From the IMG/VR virus record IMGVR_UViG_3300028103_000009: a stretch of 64,000 nucleotides of DNA; one strand, written 5' to 3'. Position 1 is the first letter of the stretch. The number at the start of each line of letters is the position of its first letter. This document shows positions 19,911 to 29,934 of this stretch, piece by piece. The DNA comes from a virus. The notes beneath the pieces were generated by a model. It did not search any database. It was not told the DNA's origin and saw only the letters and a program-made list of their open reading frames with translations. A program made the position numbers and the translations under genes.

Positions 19911-20413
19911 GAATATTAACATTAAACAACACATCATTCGATTTGAATGAACTACCAGACGAAGTAGATGAAGATACTAGATTCAGTGTGCTAGATAACA
20001 GTAATCCCAACGAACCGGATTTCTTTTTTATGCCGCTGATTTTTCTTGAATCTTTTAATAGTCCTGCTATATTACTAAACATAGGCGGATATGAAGTACA
20101 GATGCCTTTAGATTGGTGCATGGTAGTTGGTGACAAGGAATGCGGCTTAGATCCAGAAGTCCTTCCACTAACTAGCATCAACGAAAGAGGGTTTGATGCA
20201 TTGATCTTCAATCCTATAAAAGGTTTTAAGGCAGAGTTTTATCCGATTGAGATAGTAAATATTTTTCAAGATGTTAAATGGTATTTTCCAAAGATGAAAA
20301 ACGGACAACTGCTAACAGTACCATTGCATGATGGAGAAAATCCTCCATGTGCATATTTTGTCAAAGAAGTTAGCAGACAGAGTGAAGTATTGCAGTTGGA
20401 AAAAATACTATGA
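19907..20413 (+). CDS. hypothetical protein
   Basis: ATGA-coupled to uvsW. Confidence 0.65.
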   Translation: MRILTLNNTSFDLNELPDEVDEDTRFSVLDNSNPNEPDFFFMPLIFLESFNSPAILLNIGGYEVQMPLDWCMVVGDKECGLDPEVLPLTSINERGFDALIFNPIKGFKAEFYPIEIVNIFQDVKWYFPKMKNGQLLTVPLHDGENPPCAYFVKEVSRQSEVLQLEKIL

Positions 20414-20657
20414 TACCAGGCACAGATACAAGTAGGAGATATTGGGGTGAAAACTACGATGGGTTCGAACGTACTGCTGCATGGAAAAAAGAGTTTTGTT
20501 GGCTTCCAAAGAAATGTCATATCACGAAAAAAATTCTATGGTTCGTGCCTGCATACCATGGCGTGGCCCTATACCCAGGACCGACTGAAGCGGTAGTAGA
20601 GTTTCGTTGCTATTCCAAGGAAACTTTTATGACCAAAGCTCTTAAAGGAGAACTGAG

Positions 20658-20942
20658 ATGGGATCGTTAAAACCGGGCGCAACTTATATCTACGAAAGAC
20701 AAGGTGGTACGGTCTATGCCAGAGAGATGGGGTCTGATCCTAGCAGTCGCATCGTGATAGGTTATGACTGGCAACTTGAAGATAATCCTGCAAGAGTTCG
20801 AGGTACCGCGAGAGAAACTGTATTAGAAAATCAACTGTGGCACGAGATACGATTGGCGGCAAAAACCAACAAAAACTTGCAAGACGCATTAGATCGTGCT
20901 AAAATAATATATGAGCTGAGTAAGAAAGATGGGCAAGAATAA
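20658..20942 (+). CDS. hypothetical protein
   Basis: AAGGAG RBS; YIYER..G.VYAR pattern common in T4-like phages. Confidence 0.6.
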   Translation: MGSLKPGATYIYERQGGTVYAREMGSDPSSRIVIGYDWQLEDNPARVRGTARETVLENQLWHEIRLAAKTNKNLQDALDRAKIIYELSKKDGQE

Positions 20943-21408
20943 ACACGTAGACCTATTCAAAGATATGATACCTGCTGTTGATATGGGTATCAAAGAGCTT
21001 TGGGATGCCGCCACTGATGAAGGTCGCAAAGAAATCAAAGGCGACCTCTTCAATCTTAATAGATATATCAGCAGTGTTAAAACCAGCAACTCTGAACTAC
21101 AAGAGCATTATCTCCTAACAGTTAATGAATACTACAACAAGAACTGGAATGAGATCAGCGCACACCCAAAGCTACAATGGCTTACTCTAGTGGCATGTAG
21201 TCATGAATCTAAGAAAGCACATTTTCACGAATGGATTCCTTTAAAGAAAGTTAAGAATCGCAAAGAAGAAGTTTTATCGGAACTGTTTCCCAATATGAAA
21301 CTTGATGATATTTCTGCATTGGCCGCTATCACTACAGATAAAGAGATAAAGGAATACTGTGAGACACTTGGTTGGGATAAAAAAGAAATCAATGGACTTA
21401 AACTATAA
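20929..21408 (+). CDS. putative clamp-loader small subunit (gp62-like)
   Basis: LNRYIS, HPKLQW and HEWI segments and size resemble gp62 homologs. Confidence 0.45.
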   Translation: MGKNKHVDLFKDMIPAVDMGIKELWDAATDEGRKEIKGDLFNLNRYISSVKTSNSELQEHYLLTVNEYYNKNWNEISAHPKLQWLTLVACSHESKKAHFHEWIPLKKVKNRKEEVLSELFPNMKLDDISALAAITTDKEIKEYCETLGWDKKEINGLKL

Positions 21409-22075
21409 GTGTGAACACTGCGGTAAGTTATTCGCTAAAGAAAAAACTTTAGTAGTTCACCTTTGTGAGCAGAAGCGTAGATACATCAGCCGTAATGAAC
21501 GGCATGTACAAGCAGGTCTTCTCACGTTTCAAAAGTTCTATGAAGTCGCACAAAAGAATAAAACTCCTAAGACATTTGATGAGTTTGAAGCCAGTCCTTA
21601 TTACACGGCATTCGTTAAGTTTGGCAGCTTTCTGATCAATACCTCGCCTATATATCCTGAACAGTTTATTGATTTTGTTGTAAAGAGTGGAGTGAAACTA
21701 GATCACTGGTGTCGAGACGAACTCTATGAACAATACCTTAGCGAACTAGTAAAAAAAGAGCCTGCAGACGGTGCTATACAGCGATCTATTAAAACTATGA
21801 TGGATTGGGGTGATGCTAACAATGCACCGTGGGAGCATTATTTTCAATACGTCAATCTAAACAGAGCCACACACGATATCCGAGAAGGATTGGTAAGTCC
21901 TTGGTTAGTGTTAAATACCAAATCGGGGAAAGAGATGTTGTCTAGGATGAACGATGAGCAGTTAGAAATAATAGGCCCGATTATAGATCCACAGTTCTGG
22001 ATTCGAAGGTTTAAAGCACTGCCTGCTGATATCGAACTCATCAAAGACGTTGTTAAAGAAGCGAAAATTTTATAA
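21392..22075 (+). CDS. zinc-finger-containing hypothetical protein
   Basis: YKCEHCGK...LVVHLC at the N-terminus. Confidence 0.6.
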   Translation: MDLNYKCEHCGKLFAKEKTLVVHLCEQKRRYISRNERHVQAGLLTFQKFYEVAQKNKTPKTFDEFEASPYYTAFVKFGSFLINTSPIYPEQFIDFVVKSGVKLDHWCRDELYEQYLSELVKKEPADGAIQRSIKTMMDWGDANNAPWEHYFQYVNLNRATHDIREGLVSPWLVLNTKSGKEMLSRMNDEQLEIIGPIIDPQFWIRRFKALPADIELIKDVVKEAKIL

Positions 22076-22471
22076 TGCCTAAAAGACCTAAAGAAGAAGT
22101 AGTAGAAGAAGAACTGGCTGATAACGAAGAGTTTATTTCCAGAGACGATCTAGACATCGAAGTAGTCGTTGGCAATGAATCACCTGATGTATATGTTAAG
22201 TTTAGTGGCTTCGAAGACGAAGAAGATGCTGAAGAGTATGCACAGTTTTTAGCTGACACGTTACCTCTACTATTATTCGAAACGACGAGATTGCAGTAAT
22301 GAAAACCAGAAAGTTACAAGATGGTTCTGAAGTTCAAGAACTTGAGGAACCAAAAATCCTTACCGTTAAAACGAAATGTCCAGAAAAATGGTTATTGGTT
22401 GACTTAGAGACTGGAGAGCGTTATACTGGATACATTACTGATGGAAATCAAAGTTGGAAAAAAGTTAATAC

Positions 22472-23050
22472 ATGCCGGACATTGACATAGATTTCGTTGA
22501 TAGAGACCAAGCACTAAAGTTGTTCAAACATATACGTGCTAGTCGAATCGAAGATGGTTCTCTTGTAAAACATAATACAGGAGTATACTTTCACGAAGTA
22601 CCTATGAATGCAGAAAACGGTATGTGTGCAGTACCGTATGAAGAAGCAGAGGAACGTGGTTATTTTAAAATAGATTTTTTAAATGTAAGTATCTACAAAG
22701 GCATCCGAGATGAAGAGCATCTCAAGAAACTGATGGAGACTGAACCACTATGGGATCTACTGGAACAAGAAGAATTCACGGACTTACTGTTTCACGTAAA
22801 TGGGCACAGTTCATTGATGAAACAGATGAAACCCCGAAGTATCGAAGAGTTGGCAATGTGCTTGTCTTTGATACGCCCGGGCAAACGGCACCTACAAGGG
22901 AAGACCTGGAGCGAGATTGGTGCGGAGATATGGAAGAAGCCGACGAACGGTGACTACTATTTCAAGAAGAGCCACGCTGTAGCGTATGCCACTGCTGTAG
23001 CAGTACAGATGAATCTAATCTGCGAGCAGATCAGTTATGGATATAGTTAA
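22472..23050 (+). CDS. miniature DNA polymerase III alpha (DnaE)-like catalytic core
   Basis: MPDIDIDF, KHNTGV, GYFKIDFL, IRPG and FKKSHAVAY are collinear with DnaE PDFDVDF, KHAGGV, KFDFL, RPGP and FNKSH. Confidence 0.8.
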   Translation: MPDIDIDFVDRDQALKLFKHIRASRIEDGSLVKHNTGVYFHEVPMNAENGMCAVPYEEAEERGYFKIDFLNVSIYKGIRDEEHLKKLMETEPLWDLLEQEEFTDLLFHVNGHSSLMKQMKPRSIEELAMCLSLIRPGKRHLQGKTWSEIGAEIWKKPTNGDYYFKKSHAVAYATAVAVQMNLICEQISYGYS

Positions 23051-23418
23051 GGTGCTTTTCGCACCAAAGTAATCGATTTACGTTTAATACGTTTAACGAT
23101 TATATCATTAAGGCTAGTACATGGCCCTAGTACTACCTTTACATCTTTGGTAGCAAAGTTCCTAATAACGTACCTAAACTGTATTATTTCTTTGTTTAGG
23201 AAAATATTGATAGGTATTTGTCTATTAGACTCCCACCACCAAGCTTCTCCTAGCTCTAAGAACTTGGCTTTTTCAGCTTCTGTGCGAATAGATGAATAAT
23301 CGTAGATGCTGGTAACTTGAGCATCCTGATTGATTATTATCCCCACGTATTCCTGATTTACGTGGGTTAGGATACTTATGAATGGAAAGTTTTCTTGTAA
23401 GTTTTCTGTTATTCTCAT
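23047..23418 (-). CDS. hypothetical protein
   Basis: ORF track; WWWESNRQIPINIF. Confidence 0.6.
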   Translation of the reverse strand: MRITENLQENFPFISILTHVNQEYVGIIINQDAQVTSIYDYSSIRTEAEKAKFLELGEAWWWESNRQIPINIFLNKEIIQFRYVIRNFATKDVKVVLGPCTSLNDIIVKRIKRKSITLVRKAP

Positions 23419-23447
23419 CGATAAATACTATAAAGGTCCGCTAATGT

Positions 23448-24557
23448 ATGCAACTTAACCCAGTTTATTTATATCCAAATAAAATAGATGTTTTTACCAA
23501 TGCGTTAGCTTCCTGGAAAACAGAGAGGTATCGTAGAGTGTACAACCGCAACCTAAAAGTATATCGAGGTGTCGACAATCGCATCGATCTGCAGGTCCGT
23601 AACAGCGACGAAAAAGCCGCCGATATTACTGGATCTGTTTTGGTATTTAACATCGTAGGAAGAGAGACCAGAGATTTAGTGGTCCAGAAAGACTGCATGA
23701 CTGTAGCAAACAGTTCAGGCAAGGTATATGTCACCTTAGGTGAAAGCGATCTAGCCACACTAGACCCAGGAATGTACAACTACAGTGTCATTCAAGAAAT
23801 AAGACAAGTAGAAGGCGACGGCTACAGAGTTAGCAGTAGAACACCATTGTACACTGATGCACAGTATGGTGCCAGCGGAACTTTAGAAATATCAAATGAT
23901 GTTGCTGGTGAAATACATGACAGTCTCGAGATAACAAAGTTTAACTATATCAATCCATGGGTCACTGGATATGATAATCCTGCATATAGTGTCAGCAGTA
24001 TAATCGACACACGACATTATCTAGAGACTCCGCAGAGTCTACATACCCTAGCAATCTACTCAACAAACTACAGCGGTAAAGTATTGATACAAGGAAGCCT
24101 AGACGAGAGTGCAGTTCCGGGAGAATCATCATGGGTTAATATTCCAGATAGTTCTATTAGCCCTGGCGGCAATAACTTTGAAATACTAAACACACCACTA
24201 GTTTATAAAAATGTTACAGGAAAGTGGGTTTGGTTAAGATTATATTTTGGATCAAACAAAGGTTTCTATGCATCATTTACCGTGCAACAAACAACTCTTG
24301 GAAACTATATCGTAGACATCGATAACGGAGGCCAAGGTTATTCTACTGGAGATCAAATCGTTATTAACGGTCGTTCTTTAGGCGGCACATCTCCTACCAA
24401 TGATCTTTTCTTAACGGTAACATCGACCACCGGTATTGGCGGAATCGCTCAAGTAAATTGGACTGGCGTTTCTCCGATTGGATATCGAACTTACTTTGTA
24501 ACACCAGCAATGTTACCAACTACAGGCGGACGTATTGACAAACTATTATACAGATAA
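23448..24557 (+). CDS. probable virion structural protein
   Basis: TAAATA at 23422; beta-rich, G/S/T-rich, GGQGYSTGD motif. Confidence 0.5.
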   Translation: MQLNPVYLYPNKIDVFTNALASWKTERYRRVYNRNLKVYRGVDNRIDLQVRNSDEKAADITGSVLVFNIVGRETRDLVVQKDCMTVANSSGKVYVTLGESDLATLDPGMYNYSVIQEIRQVEGDGYRVSSRTPLYTDAQYGASGTLEISNDVAGEIHDSLEITKFNYINPWVTGYDNPAYSVSSIIDTRHYLETPQSLHTLAIYSTNYSGKVLIQGSLDESAVPGESSWVNIPDSSISPGGNNFEILNTPLVYKNVTGKWVWLRLYFGSNKGFYASFTVQQTTLGNYIVDIDNGGQGYSTGDQIVINGRSLGGTSPTNDLFLTVTSTTGIGGIAQVNWTGVSPIGYRTYFVTPAMLPTTGGRIDKLLYR

Positions 24558-24563
24558 TACAAT
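24535..24563 (+). promoter_or_regulatory. sigma70-like promoter of primase, likely leaderless
   Basis: TTGACA-N17-TACAAT, 5 nt before ATG 24569. Confidence 0.75.
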
Positions 24564-24568
24564 AAAGT

Positions 24569-25573
24569 ATGACTCTGGTAATAGATACATTCCGTAAACT
24601 ACTCCCACCCCGTGCTAAGGCAACTCCCTCTGGGTGGACTAGTTTCAATGCCCCATGTTGCGGTCATCGTGGCCATAGTCCAGATACTCGAAAACGTGGT
24701 GGAGTAAGGTTTGACCAAGGAATAGTATTCAACTGTTTCAACTGCAAGTTTAGTGCAAGTTGGCAACCGGGTCGCCCAATATCAGAAAAACTAAAAGCTC
24801 TATGTCGTTGGCTCGGTGCCACTGAAGATGATATCAAGACGTTAGTCTTTGAAGCATTAAAAACAGAAGCGCCAGACTATGTACACGAAGTCAAAGAAGC
24901 AGTTAGCTTCACTCCTAAAAAACTACCCGAAGGAAGTGCTCCACTAACAGAGTGGGCTGAACATCCTTGTTTGCCTGAAGAGTACGGCATTAAGATAGCA
25001 GAAGTTGTAGAATATCTAACTAATAGAGGACTAGATCCAACTGATCCTTTGTATCATTGGAGTCCTGAAGCAGGGTATGAGAATCGTGTGATCATTCCAT
25101 TCTTTTATAATGGTGTCGTTGTTGGTAACACAGCACGTAAGGTCACTGAAGGAAAACCAAAGTATCTTTCTGATCAACATCCACATTTTGTCTTTAATAT
25201 CGATTCTCAAGAAGAGGATCAAAAATATCTCTTTGTATGTGAAGGCCCGTTTGATGCTATATCAGTAGGAGGTGTAGCTTTGCTAACCAATGATATAGCA
25301 GATCAGCAGGCACGTATCATAAACAGCCTGGGTGCAGAAGTTATCGTTATTCCGGATCAAGATGAAGCAGGGCTAAATCTAATAAAGAAAGCCATAGATT
25401 ATGATTGGTCTGTGGCGTTTCCTAACTGGGATATTGATGTCAAAGATCCTGCAGATGCTGTGCTTAAATATGGAAAACTATTTGTCATAGTTGACGCTAT
25501 CAAAACAGCTCAAAAAGGCAAGATAAAAATAACGATGGCTATGAATAAATTTAAAAACAATCTAGAGAAATAA
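24569..25573 (+). CDS. DNA primase (gp61-like)
   Basis: Zn-binding PCC..FNCFNC, IIPF, PKYL, TOPRIM EGPFDA, PDQD, KDPAD. Confidence 0.9.
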   Translation: MTLVIDTFRKLLPPRAKATPSGWTSFNAPCCGHRGHSPDTRKRGGVRFDQGIVFNCFNCKFSASWQPGRPISEKLKALCRWLGATEDDIKTLVFEALKTEAPDYVHEVKEAVSFTPKKLPEGSAPLTEWAEHPCLPEEYGIKIAEVVEYLTNRGLDPTDPLYHWSPEAGYENRVIIPFFYNGVVVGNTARKVTEGKPKYLSDQHPHFVFNIDSQEEDQKYLFVCEGPFDAISVGGVALLTNDIADQQARIINSLGAEVIVIPDQDEAGLNLIKKAIDYDWSVAFPNWDIDVKDPADAVLKYGKLFVIVDAIKTAQKGKIKITMAMNKFKNNLEK

Positions 25574-25678
25574 ATGATTAAAAAATGGTTAAAGTGGTTT
25601 CGTGAATGGAGAGAACTGAGAGCTTTTAGAAAGAAAGTAGCCAGACTAAAAGATAAGGATCCGTTCATTTACAAATGA
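25574..25678 (+). CDS. 34-aa basic peptide coupled to the carbamoyltransferase (missing from the ORF track)
   Basis: MIKKWLKWFREWRELRAFRKKVARLKDKDPFIYK*; starts right after the primase stop and has an ATGA overlap with the next gene. Confidence 0.6.
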   Translation: MIKKWLKWFREWRELRAFRKKVARLKDKDPFIYK

Positions 25679-27138
25679 TTACTTGGGGTATTTCAGCAAA
25701 CAGTCATGATGCTGCTCTAGCAGTATTCTGTGACGAGAAACTAGCATTCGCTAGCCAAAGCGAAAGATTTAGTGGTGTCAAGAATGATCCGCATCTGGAT
25801 TATTCTATGATCGCATACGCAGAACAACGATGGGGTAAACCAGGACGCATCTATTGGTATGAGAACCCGCTAAAGAAAAGTATACGACAGCTATTTGCAG
25901 GACAGATTGAAAATATAAAAGAAAATAATATCAAGAGGTACCTTAGTACATATAATATCAATGCACCTATTCGTTACACTGATCATCATCGTAGTCACGC
26001 CGCTGCTGGTTATTTTACTAGTCCATTTGATCGCGCTTGTGTTCTCGTGATTGATGCTATCGGTGAGTTTGAAACACTAACGATATGGAAAGCTGACGGA
26101 TTAGAACTTAAGAAGGTATACAGCCAAAGATATCCTAACTCTATAGGCCTATGGTACAGTGCTATGACGCAACGTGTGGGACTAAAGCCCAATGAAGAAG
26201 AATATATCCTAATGGGCATGTCAGCGTATGGCGATGATAGCCTGACTAACAAAGTATACGATGACTTTATTAGGAATGCTGATCGTTTTGAGTTTAAAGA
26301 TAATCTGCATAGAGGCTGTAAGACTTGGGCTCCTGAACTCTTAGAAGACGCTAACTTTGATATAGCTTCTGCCACGCAGAAAGTATATGAAACATTATTC
26401 ATGACTGCGCTAAAGAAAGCAAGAGAGTTAGTAGATTGTGAAAATCTCGTTCTCATGGGCGGCTGTGCCTTAAACTGTGTGGCCAATAGATTAGTATATC
26501 GATATTTTGATAAACTATGGATCTATCCTAGTCCTGGCGACAGTGGATCAGCTATCGGCGCAGTATTGGCACATCATCCTGTTTGGCGGTTTGGTACCTA
26601 TTGGGATGAACCATTCTTGGGCTACGATATGGGATATCACACTACTGAAGAACATATCGTCGATTATCTTATAGAACATAAGATTTGTGGACTAGCTAGG
26701 GGTCGTGCAGAGTTTGGACCTAGAGCACTAGGCAATAGAAGTCTTATTGCAGATCCCAGAGGTAATGATATAAAGGAAAGAGTAAATGATATTAAACGAA
26801 GACAAAAATTTAGACCCTTTGCCCCTGCAGTTTTGGCTGAGTTATCTAATGATTATTTTGATATCCCTGGTGGCCGCAGTCCTTATATGCAAATGGTCGC
26901 TAAGTGCAGGAATCCTGAGCTTTATCCTGCTATCGTTCACGTTGACGGGACTTCTCGTGTACAGACAGTTGAAAAAGACGGATCTCCATTTAGACGACTC
27001 TTAGAGATATGGTATGCACGTACAGGCTGTCCAATGCTGTTAAACACCAGTCTTAATATCAAGGGAGAGCCTATGGTAAACGACATAGAAGATTCTGAGC
27101 GTTGGAGTCAAAAATATGGTTTACCTGTGTTTAACTAG
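25675..27138 (+). CDS. carbamoyltransferase (NodU/CmcH/TobZ family)
   Basis: HDAA, HHRSHAA, DAIGE, GGCALNC, EFGPRALGNRS, RPFAP and LNTSLN motifs. Confidence 0.93.
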   Translation: MITWGISANSHDAALAVFCDEKLAFASQSERFSGVKNDPHLDYSMIAYAEQRWGKPGRIYWYENPLKKSIRQLFAGQIENIKENNIKRYLSTYNINAPIRYTDHHRSHAAAGYFTSPFDRACVLVIDAIGEFETLTIWKADGLELKKVYSQRYPNSIGLWYSAMTQRVGLKPNEEEYILMGMSAYGDDSLTNKVYDDFIRNADRFEFKDNLHRGCKTWAPELLEDANFDIASATQKVYETLFMTALKKARELVDCENLVLMGGCALNCVANRLVYRYFDKLWIYPSPGDSGSAIGAVLAHHPVWRFGTYWDEPFLGYDMGYHTTEEHIVDYLIEHKICGLARGRAEFGPRALGNRSLIADPRGNDIKERVNDIKRRQKFRPFAPAVLAELSNDYFDIPGGRSPYMQMVAKCRNPELYPAIVHVDGTSRVQTVEKDGSPFRRLLEIWYARTGCPMLLNTSLNIKGEPMVNDIEDSERWSQKYGLPVFN

Positions 27139-27155
27139 AGTATATAATAATAACT

Positions 27156-28571
27156 ATGATTAAAGATTACGGATACGAAGTACAAAAACTATACCTAGAA
27201 CTGATGCTAGCAGATGCAGAGGTTTTCGTCAGATGCCAAGGCATCTTTGACCACACATTGTTTGATCGGAAACTACAAGATGCCGCAGAGTTTGTCAACG
27301 AATATGCCAAGCAATATAGTGTGTTGCCAGACTATGCAATGGTCAATGCTACCTGCAATGTTTCATTAGAAAAACCCGAAGACGTCAAAGATGGCCACAT
27401 GGATTGGCTCATGGATGAGTTCGAGCAGTTCACTAGGCACAAGGCACTTGAACGTGCGATCATTAACTCTGCAGACCTATTAGAAAAACATGACTATGGT
27501 CAGGTAGAAGTCATGATCAAAGAGGCAGTACAGATAGGTCTAGCCAAGGACATGGGCACAGACTATTTTGCTGATCCTAGAAGTCGACTCATGCGTATCA
27601 AGGATAAGAATGGTCAGATATCTACAGGTTGGCCGACGTTAGATAAGAGATTGTTTGGTGGTATGAACCGTGGAGAGTTGAATATCTTTGCGGGTGGATC
27701 TGGTGCAGGTAAGAGCTTATTCTTAGCGAACCTAGGTGTGAACTGGGCACTACAGGGTTTAAATGTAGTGTACCTGACACTAGAACTTTCAGAAGAACTT
27801 GTTAGTATGCGTATCGATGCCATGCTCACAGGCATACCAACTAAAGAGATTTTCCGTGATCTAGATGACGTAGAAATGAAAGTCAAGATCATCGGCAAGA
27901 AGTCTGGCGCTATGCAGATCAAGTATATGCCCAGTGGAAAGACTGCTAATGATCTAAGAGCATATCTCAAAGAGTTTGAAATCAAAACAGGACGTAAAGT
28001 AGATGTACTGCTAGTAGACTATCTAGACTTATTGATGCCTGTTAGCAAGAAGATTAGCCCAGCAGACCTGTTTATCAAAGACAAGTACGTTTCAGAAGAA
28101 CTTAGAAATTTGGCTGTAGAAAAGAACTGCATACTAGTAACTGCCGCACAGTTAAATCGTGGTGCTGTAGAAGAAGTAGAGTTTGATCATAGTCATATTT
28201 CGGGCGGTCTGTCAAAGATCCAGACAGCAGATAATGTGTTTGGTATCTTTACAAGTCGTGCTATGCGTGAGCGTGGACGCTATCAGATACAGTTGATGAA
28301 AACACGTAGCAGTAGTGGTGTAGGTATGAAAGTAGATCTAGAGTTTAATCTAGAGAGCTTGAAGATTTCAGATCTGCCAGAAGAAGAACAAGAACACTCA
28401 GGCGCCACAAGCAGAGGCGCAAGCAGCATCATTGATTCCATTAAACGTAAGACGGAAGTACAACCTAGAGAAGAACCCGATCAGGGTTCTAGTCTAGGCA
28501 AAGTTCGTGCCAATGTAGAATCCACGAAGCTGCGTGAGATTCTAAGTAGCATGAACTCAGATGAAGAATAA
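27156..28571 (+). CDS. replicative DnaB-like helicase (gp41-like)
   Basis: GGSGAGKS, LELSE, VDYLDL, AAQLNR and KTRSS motifs. Confidence 0.92.
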   Translation: MIKDYGYEVQKLYLELMLADAEVFVRCQGIFDHTLFDRKLQDAAEFVNEYAKQYSVLPDYAMVNATCNVSLEKPEDVKDGHMDWLMDEFEQFTRHKALERAIINSADLLEKHDYGQVEVMIKEAVQIGLAKDMGTDYFADPRSRLMRIKDKNGQISTGWPTLDKRLFGGMNRGELNIFAGGSGAGKSLFLANLGVNWALQGLNVVYLTLELSEELVSMRIDAMLTGIPTKEIFRDLDDVEMKVKIIGKKSGAMQIKYMPSGKTANDLRAYLKEFEIKTGRKVDVLLVDYLDLLMPVSKKISPADLFIKDKYVSEELRNLAVEKNCILVTAAQLNRGAVEEVEFDHSHISGGLSKIQTADNVFGIFTSRAMRERGRYQIQLMKTRSSSGVGMKVDLEFNLESLKISDLPEEEQEHSGATSRGASSIIDSIKRKTEVQPREEPDQGSSLGKVRANVESTKLREILSSMNSDEE

Positions 28572-28801
28572 GAGAATCAATCTTTATAACTGGGAAAACA
28601 GGGTAACAGATCTAATAGACATACCCTGGCCTAAAGTACACGCAGAAATAGGCACTGATCAGGTAAACTGGCTTCTAAAACAGCCCCCAGAACGCTGCCA
28701 GCTAGTAGTAGATAAACTCAACGAAAGACTCACGCTAGTAGCTGAGTTTTATCGTGATGATGCCCTTACAGACTATTATTTGCGATGGGCTAAATAGTAA
28801 T

Positions 28802-29188
28802 ATGAGAATCAAAGACGTTATCAGCGAAGGAAAAGTCACGGGCGATGTACCCAAAGATCTCGTTGACAAAGGACACGGCGGCGTTCAGCTAACTCGTGAC
28901 GTGGGTGGGTATGACCGTGTTTATCACTTAAATCGTATGATGATGGCTATGGCTATGGCTGACGGTAAAAGTAAAAAACCTGTTGACATGGATGCAGCTA
29001 GCTGGTACGAAAAATACAATATCGCATTCCCATACAGCGACTTAGAAGCGATGATGGTTAACCAAGCGATCGCTACGATTCCAACAGATCATAAAGGTCT
29101 TATTGCTCGCGGCAAAAGCGAAGAGAACAAAGGCACTAATAAGACCAGTCCTGTGGCCAAGCCAAAACGTAACAAATACGGAGTTTAA
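28802..29188 (+). CDS. hypothetical late protein
   Basis: Start moved to ATG 28802 after TAAATA-N5; N-terminus MRIKDVISE. Confidence 0.6.
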   Translation: MRIKDVISEGKVTGDVPKDLVDKGHGGVQLTRDVGGYDRVYHLNRMMMAMAMADGKSKKPVDMDAASWYEKYNIAFPYSDLEAMMVNQAIATIPTDHKGLIARGKSEENKGTNKTSPVAKPKRNKYGV

Positions 29189-29893
29189 ATGAGGCTTTCT
29201 GAGTTCAAGGCTGGACATTTTGTAACTGTCAACTCTAAACTAAATCCCAAGATTTGGTCGGGCAGTGATCTACTTCCTGAAGTATCACACAAGTTGATCA
29301 AGATAGCAGAAAAGTTCGAAGAGTTTATCGGTGTAGATCTACCCGTAGTTGACTATACTGTAACTGGATCAAACGCTAACTATTCGTGGACCAAGTTTAG
29401 CGATCTAGATCTACACTTGATCGTCCGCGGTGATGTCAGTGAAGCTATGCGTGAGTTATTTTCTGCAAAGAAGGCACTGTGGGGAGAACATCACAATATC
29501 AGCATACGTGGTATTCCCGTAGAATGTTATGTGCAGGGCGAAAATGAAGCACATCACAGCACCGGAGTCTATAGCGTAGCACATGGTCAGTGGATCAAAG
29601 AACCCAGCAAGACACAGCCACCAACTGATGACAGTGCTGTAGAGCGTAAACTAGAATCTATAGTACATGATGTAGATGCTGCTATAAGTTCTGGCAGTTT
29701 GGACAAGATCGAGTCCATGAAAGAACGTATAACCAATATGCGCAAGGCAGGATTGGAACGTGCCGGTGAATGGAGCACAGAAAATCTAGTGTTCAAGAAA
29801 CTGCGCAATCTGGGAGTCATCGACAAGCTCACAGACAAGATACGTGAGTTGGAAGACCAAGAACTGAGCCTAGAAAGCAAAAATTTGACATAG
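29189..29893 (+). CDS. nucleotidyltransferase (Pol-beta superfamily)
   Basis: hGSxANY...SDLDLH signature, VECYVQ. Confidence 0.75.
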   Translation: MRLSEFKAGHFVTVNSKLNPKIWSGSDLLPEVSHKLIKIAEKFEEFIGVDLPVVDYTVTGSNANYSWTKFSDLDLHLIVRGDVSEAMRELFSAKKALWGEHHNISIRGIPVECYVQGENEAHHSTGVYSVAHGQWIKEPSKTQPPTDDSAVERKLESIVHDVDAAISSGSLDKIESMKERITNMRKAGLERAGEWSTENLVFKKLRNLGVIDKLTDKIRELEDQELSLESKNLT

Positions 29894-29934
29894 TCAATAA
29901 ATACCTATATAATAATTATATATGGGGCACGACT

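Noticed and set aside
19907-20413. Possible Hint-like fold in the ORF after uvsW
   Set aside because: Only a vague beta-rich impression; no N-terminal Cys/Ser or C-terminal His-Asn
1976-28571. Introns or inteins in terL, uvsX, uvsW, primase or helicase
   Set aside because: Lengths and motif spacing are normal, with no interruption seen
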